Part shown: positions 1 to 10,200 of the stretch, piece by piece
Numbering within the stretch: the stretch's first letter is position 1
How the letters are laid out: every line of letters starts with the position of its first letter
Source: an uncultured virus (IMG/VR IMGVR_UViG_3300029705_005139)
Taxonomy: Duplodnaviria > Heunggongvirae > Uroviricota > Caudoviricetes
DNA length: 37,417 nt
Strand: one strand, 5' to 3'
Virus record (IMG/VR): IMGVR_UViG_3300029705_005139
Notes under the pieces: generated by a model
Databases searched by the model: none
What the model was told of the DNA's origin: nothing
The model's input: only the letters and a program-made list of their open reading frames with translations
Position numbers and translations under genes: made by a program

Positions 1-2
1 AA

Positions 3-407
3 AAGTGCATTCATGCTCTTTATGAGAAATTTATTTGTGTCAATCCGGGATATTCCAATCCCTATTCCGTGAAAGATTTTTCCGTCCATTCCCGTACTTA
101 TGTCCGGGGTCCCGAGAAATTCATGGTCATCCGCATTGGGATGCCGGAGCCGGAAGCATCCCCGCTTTGCCGCGCAATTTACCTCTGCTACGGTACACGG
201 GGCGGATTTGAACTGTATGTCACATCCGAAATGAATCCGGATGGCGGCTACTGCATCTGTGCCTGGGGTGATGGTGGAGACCACATGAACGTCGGTGAAG
301 CTCCTGAGGATGCCAATGACGAAATGGATATGGCAGCGGATCTGTTCTGGAGGTCAGTTGAATATGGACAGCAAGCAAATAAAAGTGTACGTGGAGGTCA
401 ATACTGA
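3..407 (+). CDS. Hypothetical protein, 5'-partial (frame open from the window edge)
   Basis: Frame has no stop from position 3 to 407. No motif recognised. Overlaps the next gene by 44 nt. Confidence 0.5.
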   Translation, partial: KCIHALYEKFICVNPGYSNPYSVKDFSVHSRTYVRGPEKFMVIRIGMPEPEASPLCRAIYLCYGTRGGFELYVTSEMNPDGGYCICAWGDGGDHMNVGEAPEDANDEMDMAADLFWRSVEYGQQANKSVRGGQY

Positions 408-732
408 CTTCCGGGAAGACGGTATTATGCTCCCCCGGGAAATCACCTGGGAGAACGGCGAAAAATATGAAATTGACCGTATCCTGGACATCCGTCAGGC
501 CGCAGCCATGAAAGCCGGCGGACAGGGCGACAGATACACTGTCCGCATCCGTGGACAGCAAAGCTATCTGTTCTTTGAGCGCAGCACAAATCAGACCGGA
601 AACAAACTTGGACGCTGGTTTGTAGAACGCCGCATAACTGAACCACGACCCATCGGCTGGGTCGATTATAGTGATGGTATCGGTGGTCGCTTGTATTCGG
701 ACGGCTCCATGCGAAAAAACACGCATCAGTAA
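364..732 (+). CDS. Conserved-looking small Firmicute hypothetical protein
   Basis: GGAGG before ATG 364. KVYVEV...PREITWENG.KYEIDRILD...KAGGQGDRYTV...WFVE pattern resembles a small clostridial family (recalled, not verified). Confidence 0.6.
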   Translation: MDSKQIKVYVEVNTDFREDGIMLPREITWENGEKYEIDRILDIRQAAAMKAGGQGDRYTVRIRGQQSYLFFERSTNQTGNKLGRWFVERRITEPRPIGWVDYSDGIGGRLYSDGSMRKNTHQ

Positions 733-772
733 AAATCACAATCAATCGCTATGCAGAAGAGAGGTGATACCC

Positions 773-1447
773 ATGAGCGAAAATGTTCGTGAACGTGCAT
801 ATCCATTCAATCTTCTATCTAGAGTTGATGGAGTTCATGCAAATATGCTGAATGCCGAGAATTTTAGCAAGGACCAATACAGAGGTCTTGCCGCAGCCTT
901 GTCCATGCTACCGGAAAAAGAGGCAGATGTTCTGAGAATGCGTTATCAGCAATGCCTTTCTCTCGAAGAAATTGGTAAGCATTATCATGTTACCAAAGAA
1001 GCTATCCGGGCGCAAATCGCACGGTCTTTCAAAAAGCTAGGTTCCAAACGTAGCCTATCCTTGATTTCTCTGGGATTGGACGGCTATATCGAGGATAATA
1101 TCGCCCGCAGAGTTACCGCCGTAACAACAACTTTCATCCGTCAGGAATATCTTGACGGATACCGGGAAGGTTTTCTGGACGCACATACAACGGATGAGAA
1201 CGGAAATATCCGCTCTGCACCCAAGAAGGCGCTTGCATTGTCTATCGAAGATGTAGGCTTATCTGTCAGAACATACAACGTACTGAGAAAAAACGATGTG
1301 CACTATCTTTCAGATCTTCTCTTGTACATGGATAAACCGGCTATTGCAAGTATCCCTTGCCTGGGTAGAAAATCCGCAGAAGAAGTTGCTCGGATGTTGA
1401 GAAGCTATGGTATTCACAGTACTGCCTGGGATTCCTTCATATCATAG
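773..1447 (+). CDS. Sigma-70 region-4 HTH fused to RNA polymerase alpha-CTD-like domain
   Basis: GAGGTG RBS, ATG 773. LPEKEADVLRMRY...SLEEIGKHYHVTKEAIRAQIARSFKKL is sigma region 4. SIEDVGLSVRTYNVLRKNDVHYLSDLL...CLGRKSAEEV is alpha-CTD. Confidence 0.8.
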   Translation: MSENVRERAYPFNLLSRVDGVHANMLNAENFSKDQYRGLAAALSMLPEKEADVLRMRYQQCLSLEEIGKHYHVTKEAIRAQIARSFKKLGSKRSLSLISLGLDGYIEDNIARRVTAVTTTFIRQEYLDGYREGFLDAHTTDENGNIRSAPKKALALSIEDVGLSVRTYNVLRKNDVHYLSDLLLYMDKPAIASIPCLGRKSAEEVARMLRSYGIHSTAWDSFIS

Positions 1448-1546
1448 TTTGGAATTATTGCAATAGCGCCTGGTTCTTCATTATCCTGCCAGATGCGGTA
1501 ATGCCCGTATGCCGGAAATCACGCACAACATATAACAGAAAAAACC

Positions 1547-1597
1547 AAAGCCGCTTGGGTACTATGTGCAGTCTGCACCGTACTCTGGCGGCTTTTT
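1547..1597 (+). terminator. Long hairpin / Rho-independent terminator
   Basis: aaagccgc..gggtac..gtgcag / ctgcac..gtactc..gcggcttt followed by a T run. Confidence 0.6.
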
Positions 1598-1682
1598 ATC
1601 CTATATGGCACATTTTCATTTGGGGCTAAAGGATAAAAATTATACAAACACAAATATACGTCTATCTTTTTGAAACAGACCG

Positions 1683-1691
1683 TGATATAAT
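1683..1691 (+). promoter_or_regulatory. Extended -10 promoter (TGaTATAAT) for the HTH-BREX operon
   Basis: Perfect TG-n-TATAAT about 75 nt before the first operon gene. No consensus -35 at 17 bp. Confidence 0.55.
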
Positions 1692-1766
1692 CCCTATATG
1701 TTGATAAAATGCGACAAATATATCTTGTGTCATGATGAAGAAAACCATCTGCTGGGGGTTTATTAT

Positions 1767-1985
1767 ATGGATGTTAATTACAACAAACTGTTCAAGCTGT
1801 TGATTGACAAGGGTCTGAAGAAAACCGAGTTTGCCAAACAGGTTGGCATCAGCCCCAATACACTTGCAAAATTCTCCCGAAATGAAACTGTGTCCATGGA
1901 TATCATCGTTCGAATCTGCAGATACCTGGATTGCACTGTTGACGATATGATGGACATTCTTCCGGAAACCAAAGAGAGAGGATAA
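1767..1985 (+). CDS. Cro/C1-type HTH transcriptional regulator (HTH_26-like) heading the BREX operon
   Basis: YNKLFKLLIDKGLKKTEFAKQVGISPNTLAKFSRNETVSMDIIVRICRYLDC. GGGGG RBS before ATG 1767. Confidence 0.85.
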   Translation: MDVNYNKLFKLLIDKGLKKTEFAKQVGISPNTLAKFSRNETVSMDIIVRICRYLDCTVDDMMDILPETKERG

Positions 1986-1993
1986 AAGGCTTT

Positions 1994-2599
1994 ATGAATA
2001 GTAACACACCTTACAATGCTTCTCTTACCCGGGAACCTTTCCTGTTTTATGAGATGCGCGCCACTGCGCGTCTTCTGGTTGAAGGTATGGACGGAGATAC
2101 AGTGGTCGCAAAAATTACTGAAGAGAACCTTTTCCAGTACCCTACTGAGAAGACCATTAAGCGTATTGCTGCTGCATGCGTCAGACGCTTGGAAGGAATG
2201 AACGATGAAACGCTCATTCACGCAATAGCCACGCAGCCTGTGGATGTCGCCAAACAAATTTGTCTGTATGCAATGATGAAAAACAGCAGACTGATTTGGG
2301 AATTTATGCTCACGGTAATCGGTGAAAAGTACGTTTTAAGGGACACATCGTTTGGTAAGATAGACTTGAACACTTTTTTCCTTCGACTGCAGGAACAAGA
2401 TGACGCTGTAGCTGGCTGGAGTGAGCAAACCATCACAAAGCTGAAACAGGTTATTGCCAGGGTGTTGGTTGAAACCGAATACCTTGACAGCATCCATTCA
2501 ACCACTTTAAATCCTGTATATTTGCATCCGATTCTGGAAAATGCTATCCGAAGTAATAATGACGATATCATTCTTCCTGCATTCAATCATTTTTCTTAA
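1994..2599 (+). CDS. brxA: BREX protein BrxA (DUF1819)
   Basis: 201 aa, YNASLTREPFLFYE...NLFQYPTEK...WSEQTITKLKQ. First gene in canonical BREX-1 order. Confidence 0.9.
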   Translation: MNSNTPYNASLTREPFLFYEMRATARLLVEGMDGDTVVAKITEENLFQYPTEKTIKRIAAACVRRLEGMNDETLIHAIATQPVDVAKQICLYAMMKNSRLIWEFMLTVIGEKYVLRDTSFGKIDLNTFFLRLQEQDDAVAGWSEQTITKLKQVIARVLVETEYLDSIHSTTLNPVYLHPILENAIRSNNDDIILPAFNHFS

Positions 2600-2611
2600 G
2601 GGAGGCTTACC

Positions 2612-3169
2612 ATGGCAAATATTCAAGAACGCTTGGATAGCCTGCGTATCCACATTCAGGAACCTGAGTTCCTGGAAGGAAAAGGGTTAAGCAATGAAGT
2701 AAATATCAGAATCTTCTGCTACGATGCCGAAGACGAGATGGTCGTTCGTCATTTTATAGAGCAAATTACCACCGACCAAACCCTTATTTGCAATCTGGTA
2801 GAATGCAACCTATATAAAACGTTCCTCTCTCTTTGCGAGGACATTGACATCATGGATGCGATTCCGGAAATGGAAGAAATGGATGGCAAAGAGTTTTTGC
2901 TTGAGCAGCTCCACTCCGCCATCGGTGAAGGCGAGTTCATCGAGGAAATTCAGTACTGTCCTCACAGAACAGGTGATGTCCTGTTGCTTACCGGCGTTGG
3001 TGATGTATTCCCCTTTATGCGGGTTCATGCCCTACTAGAAGCTCTTCAGCCTCACTTTAGCGACATTCCTATCCTGGTAATGTATCCGGGAACCTTTGAC
3101 GGCAGCTACGTCCGTCTGTTCGACAAGCTAACTCCCAATGCCTACTACCGGGCATTTAACGAAATCTAA
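2612..3169 (+). CDS. brxB: BREX protein BrxB (DUF1788)
   Basis: FLEGKGLSNEV, TGVGDVFPFMRVH, YPGTFDG...LF...YYRAF. Lies between brxA and brxC. Confidence 0.92.
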   Translation: MANIQERLDSLRIHIQEPEFLEGKGLSNEVNIRIFCYDAEDEMVVRHFIEQITTDQTLICNLVECNLYKTFLSLCEDIDIMDAIPEMEEMDGKEFLLEQLHSAIGEGEFIEEIQYCPHRTGDVLLLTGVGDVFPFMRVHALLEALQPHFSDIPILVMYPGTFDGSYVRLFDKLTPNAYYRAFNEI

Positions 3170-3180
3170 GGAGGCCTATC

Positions 3181-6100
3181 ATGAGAATACAAAATATGTT
3201 CCATGATGACATCAACCGCCAGATCAATGGCGTTATTAAGGTTGATCAGGATGCTCATGATGTTATCGAGCAGGAAGTAAAGGAATATGTTATTACCCGA
3301 GAACTGAGAAAGCACTTTTCTGCCTTTTTCAATTTTTATAGTGACTCCTTTGATGTCCCCACCGCTGATGTCGGTGTTTGGATTTCCGGTTTCTTCGGAA
3401 GTGGTAAATCCCATTTCCTGAAAATGCTGTCCTACATTCTGGAGAACAAACCCGTAGCAAACACTACCACTGTTGAGATGTTCCGGCAGAAGTTTGAGGA
3501 TGATCCCGCAACCTTTATGCAGATCGACCGTGCTACCAAAGGTCAGACAGAAACTATTCTGTTCAACATCGATATTGAGGGTTCCATCGTTAAGGACAAA
3601 ACCGCAGTCCTGCGTGTCTTTGCCAAGATGTTCTATAACCACTTGGGCTTCTTTGGCGAGAACCTAAAAGTCGCTATGCTGGAGCGCTACATCGACCAGT
3701 GTGGAAAGACTGAAGAATTCCGCAGAGTTTTTGCAGAAAAGAAGGGCAAATCCTGGCTTGAGATGCGGCGTGCCTTTGCTTTTAACGGAAAAGTGATCGT
3801 TCCCACTCTGATGGAAGTCCTGGATATGAGCGAACAGGATGCCCAGCGTTGGTTCAGTGATAAGAGTGCTGTTGAACTGTCCATTGCCCAGCTCGTCAGC
3901 GATATCAAAGAATATGTAGATCAAAAACCGAAGAATTTCCGGCTTCTGTTCATGATCGACGAAGTTGGTCAGTACACAGGCACGGACACAGATCTGCTGC
4001 TGAATCTCCAGTCTCTGACCGAGAAAATCGGCAGCGAATGCGATGGTAAAGTCTGGGTCGTTTGTACCGGTCAGTCTGCCATTGATGAAATTATCAAAGT
4101 CCGTGCTGATGAATTTTCTCGTATTCAGGCCCGTTTCAAGACCCGACTCTCTCTTTCCTCTTCCTCCGTCGATGAGGTCATCCAGAAGCGTATCCTGAAG
4201 AAGACTCCTGAGGCTAATCAGGTTCTGACAGAAGTATATGAGAAAAATGATTCTGTGCTGCGGAATCTCTTTACCTTCAATGATGCTCAGTTGGACATCA
4301 AGGGTTACACCACACCCTTCGATTTTATCACCAACTTCCCCTTCGTTCCCTATCAATTCATTATTATGCAGAAGGTCTTTGCTGAGATTCGTAAGCATGG
4401 CAATTCCGGCAAACACCTTTCCGGCGGCGAACGTTCCATGCTGTCCGGTTTCCAGGAAGCTGCCCAGAAAGTCCGGGATTTGGATGAGCATGCACTTGTT
4501 CCCTTCTTCCGTTTTTATGATACAGTTCATAGCTTCCTTGACGGTTCCATCCGCCGGGTCATCGACCGCTGTGCCCGTGCAGCGGAAGCAGGCGATGGCA
4601 TTGAAGCCTATGATGTAGATGTTTTGAAACTGCTGTATCTGATCCGCTACATCGACAATGATATTCCCGGCAATCTGGACAACATCGTTATCCTCATGGC
4701 TGATGACATCCGCGCAGACAAAATTTCTCTGCGTGAAAAGGTTCGCGATTCTCTGAACCGCCTCCTGAGCCAGAACTATATTGGCAGAACCGGCGAAACC
4801 TACAACTTCCTCACCGACGAAGAGCAGGATGTTCAACGGGCAATCCGTAATGAAACCTCTGTCGACACCGCCGCCATCGTGGAGCGTATCGCACAGATGA
4901 TCTTTGCAGATATCTACACCACCAAAAAGTACCGTTATGGAAAGTACGACTTTGCCTTCGATCAGATGGTGGATGGTGTCACTGTTGGTGCCATCACAGG
5001 TGGCATGAAACTGAAATTCCTGACTGTTGCCAGTGACATCGCAACAAAGTCAAAGCTGCATCTCATGACCGAGTCCAACGGTCAGGCCATTGCTGTTCTG
5101 GCAGAGACTGACTATTACAATTCCCTGGAACAGGCAATGAAGATCCGGAAGTATGTCAAGCAGAAGAATGTTGCACAGCTTCCCAAGTCCATGCAGGACA
5201 TTATCCGCAATCAGCAGGATGAAGCAACCCGCTTGGAAGCCACTGCCGCTGCCGAGCTGAGAAAAGCCATAATTGCTGCTGAATTCTATGTTGCCGGCGA
5301 GCATCTGGAGATTAAGGCTGGCGATGCCAAGGCCAGAATTGATCAGGCCCTGGAGTATCTTGTTGCCCATGTTTACAGTGAACTGGATCTGATTACCAAG
5401 AACGCTGAGACCGATGCAGATATCATTGCCATTCTGAGCAACAATGAGGACATCCTCGCAGGTTTTGAGCCGAACCGGGATGCCGCAGCAAAGATGGAAG
5501 AATACCTGGAAGTTCAGCACCGCAAAAAGCTGCCTACCTCCATGGCCGATGTTCAGAGCCGGTATCAGGCAATCCCCTACGGTTGGCGTGAAATTGATAT
5601 TGCCGCAGTCGTTGCACGACTAATTATCGAGCAGAAGGTCACCATCAAGTATGCCGGCAATACCATTCAGCCCAATAACCCCAAGCTTCCCGATATGCTC
5701 CGTAAGAAGAGCGAAATCGGAAAAACCAGCATTTCCAAACGTCAGGTTGTGTCCGTCTCTAAGATGAAGGAAGTTAAGGAATTCCTCCGGGAATACTATG
5801 ATGTCATGGATGTCCCTTCCGATGAAGATGGTCTGATTGCTTTCATAATTGATAAGTTCCAGCAGCAGAAAGCCCATTATGAAGCTTTGGATCAGCGCTA
5901 TAACTCCGGTGCCAAATATCCCGACCGAGATCTTGTTAAAAAAGCAATCACGCTTGTGGACGATATTCTCTCTCAGCAGAGGGATAATATTGCGCTGATT
6001 GACCGCATTATTAAGCGGCAGGATGACCTGCTTGATAACAAGGAGGCAATGGTTCGTGTTGAAGGTTTCTTCAAGAATCAGGTTACTGTATTTGATGCCG

Positions 6101-6729
6101 CAGCCAAGTTGGAACTGGATCTGCGCAACGAACTGGACTATCTGTCTCACGAACCTGAAGCAAACACTGCACTGAACCAGATCCGCATGGTGGTCTTTGT
6201 TTCCGGTGGTTTTGACTATAAGAAGATTCCTCTTCTCAATGGTTGGATGGCCACTGTACGGGAAGGCCATGGTCGTCTGTTGGCTGCAAAACGGGATGAA
6301 CTCATGGGTTACTGCCAGCAGTGCATGGGACAAATCCATCAGGCTGCTAACGGCCATCCTGACACCAAGGATATCATCACAAAGGCTGATAATTTCTTTA
6401 AGCTAAAAATGGATAGTATTTCCTCCATGACCAGCCTTGCTCTGTTGGATGGCATGCTGCCTCCGATGCTTCAGTACAAAGATTCTGCTGTACAGCGCAT
6501 CGAAAATGCAGTCCGCCCCCCGGAGATAACACCGCCCAAGCCGGTGAAGCCCGTTGCTCCCGGACCCGTAAAACCCACACCTAAGAAGATTATCAAGAAC
6601 TACAACCGATCCATCGTCTTCCCCGCAAAGCAATTGGAGAACGACTCCGATGTTGATGCCTATGTGGAGCTGATCCGCAAACAGCTGAAGCAGCTCATGC
6701 AGGGCTGTGACGGCATCAAGCTAAACTAA
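3181..6729 (+). CDS. brxC: BREX P-loop ATPase BrxC
   Basis: 1182 aa. DINRQINGVIKV start, Walker A WISGFFGSGKSH, Walker B LFMIDEVGQY, GERSML, Pro-rich C-terminal linker. Confidence 0.95.
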   Translation: MRIQNMFHDDINRQINGVIKVDQDAHDVIEQEVKEYVITRELRKHFSAFFNFYSDSFDVPTADVGVWISGFFGSGKSHFLKMLSYILENKPVANTTTVEMFRQKFEDDPATFMQIDRATKGQTETILFNIDIEGSIVKDKTAVLRVFAKMFYNHLGFFGENLKVAMLERYIDQCGKTEEFRRVFAEKKGKSWLEMRRAFAFNGKVIVPTLMEVLDMSEQDAQRWFSDKSAVELSIAQLVSDIKEYVDQKPKNFRLLFMIDEVGQYTGTDTDLLLNLQSLTEKIGSECDGKVWVVCTGQSAIDEIIKVRADEFSRIQARFKTRLSLSSSSVDEVIQKRILKKTPEANQVLTEVYEKNDSVLRNLFTFNDAQLDIKGYTTPFDFITNFPFVPYQFIIMQKVFAEIRKHGNSGKHLSGGERSMLSGFQEAAQKVRDLDEHALVPFFRFYDTVHSFLDGSIRRVIDRCARAAEAGDGIEAYDVDVLKLLYLIRYIDNDIPGNLDNIVILMADDIRADKISLREKVRDSLNRLLSQNYIGRTGETYNFLTDEEQDVQRAIRNETSVDTAAIVERIAQMIFADIYTTKKYRYGKYDFAFDQMVDGVTVGAITGGMKLKFLTVASDIATKSKLHLMTESNGQAIAVLAETDYYNSLEQAMKIRKYVKQKNVAQLPKSMQDIIRNQQDEATRLEATAAAELRKAIIAAEFYVAGEHLEIKAGDAKARIDQALEYLVAHVYSELDLITKNAETDADIIAILSNNEDILAGFEPNRDAAAKMEEYLEVQHRKKLPTSMADVQSRYQAIPYGWREIDIAAVVARLIIEQKVTIKYAGNTIQPNNPKLPDMLRKKSEIGKTSISKRQVVSVSKMKEVKEFLREYYDVMDVPSDEDGLIAFIIDKFQQQKAHYEALDQRYNSGAKYPDRDLVKKAITLVDDILSQQRDNIALIDRIIKRQDDLLDNKEAMVRVEGFFKNQVTVFDAAAKLELDLRNELDYLSHEPEANTALNQIRMVVFVSGGFDYKKIPLLNGWMATVREGHGRLLAAKRDELMGYCQQCMGQIHQAANGHPDTKDIITKADNFFKLKMDSISSMTSLALLDGMLPPMLQYKDSAVQRIENAVRPPEITPPKPVKPVAPGPVKPTPKKIIKNYNRSIVFPAKQLENDSDVDAYVELIRKQLKQLMQGCDGIKLN

Positions 6730-6749
6730 TCTCGCCAAAGGAATCCGTT

Positions 6750-7244
6750 ATGAAAAGTACAAATTTGTTTTCTGACTTTTTAATCGACAGCAATGCTGAT
6801 TTTTACGACATGGAAATTGATGAAAACAAGAATGCTTTCGTTCAGTTTTTCAAAAAGCCTGTATACTTGACCGTTGAAGACAACCAGCTTCAATTGCTGG
6901 AAGTTTTCACGCCATTGTTCATCTATGAAAAAGGCACTTTGGTTAACCATCCTGCTGGCTTAGTTTCCGGCAGAAGAACTATCGATCCTGCCAGCACACT
7001 TACACCCGGTGATTTGGTCGAGATGGATTGGTACACGGATGAATTCATCTATGATTACCATCCACAGACCTGGTGTCTTACCGATACATTCCGCAGGATT
7101 ACTGACCTGGAGTTACAGCTTATCGGTCAAAACATTACCTATAGCTGCAAGTTATTTGCATTTTATAATGGATTCCAAAAACGAGAATATTCATGGAAGA
7201 CAACCTCTCCCATAAATTGGTTTGGAAAGAATGGTGAATCTTAA
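6750..7244 (+). CDS. Hypothetical protein inserted between brxC and pglX
   Basis: 164-aa ORF with AAGGA RBS. TAA stop directly abuts the pglX ATG. No recognised domain. Confidence 0.7.
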   Translation: MKSTNLFSDFLIDSNADFYDMEIDENKNAFVQFFKKPVYLTVEDNQLQLLEVFTPLFIYEKGTLVNHPAGLVSGRRTIDPASTLTPGDLVEMDWYTDEFIYDYHPQTWCLTDTFRRITDLELQLIGQNITYSCKLFAFYNGFQKREYSWKTTSPINWFGKNGES

Positions 7245-10200
7245 ATGGATAAAAATGCAATTAAGAAATATGCCGTATGGGCGCGCCGGGAGCTGATCTC
7301 CCGCGTGTCCCAAAAGGCACAGCAGTATGGTATCACAGAAGATGTGATCATCCAGGCATCTGCTGATACTATCAATGGTCATGTCTTGTCCGCAACCGAG
7401 AAGGCACAGCGGCAGGCGCTGATCGTTCAGATTCAGGCGAAGGGCTATAAGCAGGTCATGGAGGAAGTTGCCTACACTTGGTTCAATCGTTTCTCTGCTC
7501 TGCGATTCATGGAGGTCAACGGCTATCTTCCTTCCCGTGTCCGTGTGTTCACCGATGAGAACAACCAGTTTGAGCCTCAGATCATTGCCGAGGCCATTGA
7601 CCTTGAAATGGATGGCCTGGACATGGAAAAGGTCTATGCCTATAAGGATGCCAACGATAAAGAGGGCTTGTTCAAGTACCTCATTATCGTGCAGTGCAAT
7701 GCCCTGAGTCCCATTATGCCGGGTATGTTCCAGCGTATTGCTGACTACACCGAGCTGCTGTTCCCGGACAACCTCCTTCGTGAGGGTAGCGCGATCCAGC
7801 AGATGATCGAGCTGATTCCCGAAAAGGACTGGAAGGATCAGGTGCAGATCATCGGCTGGCTATATCAGTTCTATAACATCGAACCCAAGGCAGAGGTGTT
7901 TGCCAAGAAGACAGGTAAGATTTCCAAAGAGGAGATCCCTGCCGCCACCCAGCTGTTTACTCCGGACTGGATCGTACGCTATATGGTAGAAAACTCTTTG
8001 GGCCGACTGTGGATCGAGCGGAATGCGGGTACTGCTAAAGATGAATATGATGAGTATCCTGGTGATGTCAATGAACTGCTGCTTTCCAAATGGAAGTACT
8101 ATCTTTTTGAGGCAGAGCATGAACCTGAGGTACAGGCAGAGCTGAGAAAGATTCGGAAGTCCTACGTATCCATGATGCCGGGAGATATCGAATGTATCGA
8201 TCCCTGCTGTGGCTCCGGTCATATCCTGGCCTATATGTTTGATGTGCTGATGCAGATTTACGAGTCCTTCGGATATACGCCTCGTGAAGCTGTCCGCAGC
8301 ATCGTAGAGAACAATATCTACGGTCTGGACATCGACGAACGTGCAGCACAGTTGGCATACTTCTCCGTGATGATGAAGGCTCGGAAGTATGACAAGCGTT
8401 TCCTGACCCGGAAGGATGAGGACGGCAAGCCGGATGTTCCGCAGCCCCGTGTCTACGAGATCGTCGAGAGCAACAGTCTTGATAGAAGCGCTATTGAACA
8501 TTTCGTTGGTGGAGACCCCGATATCAAAAAGGCAATCAACAGCCTGATCGATGAAATGCGCGATGCCAAGGAGTATGGCTCTATTCTGAACATTACTCCT
8601 GTAGACTTTGCAGCCCTTTACAAGCATTTTGATGAGATACTTTCCGAACCCAGCATTTTCAATCTAGCAATCGAGAATGAACTGCTGCCTTTTATTCGTG
8701 TGGCGGAAGTATTGGCACTAAAATATGATGTGGTTGTTACCAATCCTCCCTATATGGGTGTTTCTGCGGGTAGTGGAAAGCTGAATGAATTTGTTAGAAA
8801 GAATTATCCTGACAGTAAAACTGACTTGTTTGCTGTTTTTATCGAGAGATGTAAATCAATGACCCGAAATAATGGTTATCAAGCCATGATAACCATGCAC
8901 TCGTGGATGTTTTTGACGAGTTATGATAAGCTTCGTGTAAAAATGCAAAACACGGATATTACCAGTATGATTCACCTTGGTGCACGTGCATTCGAAGAAA
9001 TTGGAGGCGAAGTAGTACAGACAACCAGCTTTGTTTTGCGAAAGAGTCATATTAACCGATATAAGGGTGTGTATCACAGACTGATTGATCCTGTGACACA
9101 ACAAGGAAAAGAAGATATGTTCCTTGGCGGAGAAAATCGTTATATTGCTTCTCAGGCAAGTTTTTCAAAATTACCAAGCGCTCCGGTCGCATATTGGGTA
9201 AGTGATAATCTCCTTCAGTTATACAAATATCCGTTGATTGGTTCTCGCTTTACGGCAAAAGAAGGTGTTGGAACGCGAAATGACGAGGTCTTCCTAAAGC
9301 AGTTCTGGGAAGTGTCTACGAAAGACATAGGTATAGGAAAGCGATGGGTGCTCACCGATAAGGCTGGAAGTTTTAGAAAATGGTATCTTGGGTGCACATA
9401 TGTTATGGACTGGGAAAATGATGGCTTTAGAATAAAGAACTTCCGTGATGAAAATGGAAAGCTCAGATCTCGTCCTCAGAATACGCAGTATTTATTTAAG
9501 CCAGGTATTTCTTGGGGCAAAGTAGGTACGGGTGCCAGCTCATTTAGGTTCCGTGATTCCGGATTTGCATTTAATGATGCGGCTCCAACATTGTTTGGAG
9601 ATAATGTATACCCTCTTTTAGCTGCGCTGAATACGAGAATTTATAAAAGACTTAACGAAATTCGTGGCGGAACAATGAATATGACTTGCGGCGTAATCGA
9701 AGAACTTCCTATACTTGGGTATGATTCTGATGAAATGATTTCACGCTTGACAGAACTGGTTTCAGATAATATCCGGTTATCAAAGACAGATTGGGATTCC
9801 TTTGAAACCTCTTGGGATTTTGAATGCCATCCTCTAATCAATATGATTGCCAAGGGCGGCGCATTCTTTGACCGTGGTCGGATTCTGTTGGCGGAATGCT
9901 ACGACCTGTGGAATGCGGAATGCAACGAGCGATTTGCGCAACTCAAAGCCAACGAGGAGGAACTGAACCGCATCTTCATTGACATCTACGGTCTGCAGGA
10001 TGAACTGACTCCTGAAGTAGAGGAAAAAGATGTGACTGTCCGAAAGGCAAATCTCGCCCGCGACATCCGTAGCTTCATTTCCTATGCCGTTGGTTGTATC
10101 TTCGGTCGATACTCCCTTGACGTTCCCGGCCTGGCCTATGCTGGCGGTGAGTGGGACGAATCCAAGTACACCACCTTCTGCGCGGATAAGGACAATATTC

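Noticed and set aside
3664..4836. Long antisense ORFs within brxC (similar ones in pglX, pglZ and the AAA gene)
   Set aside because: Shadow frames of strongly supported genes.
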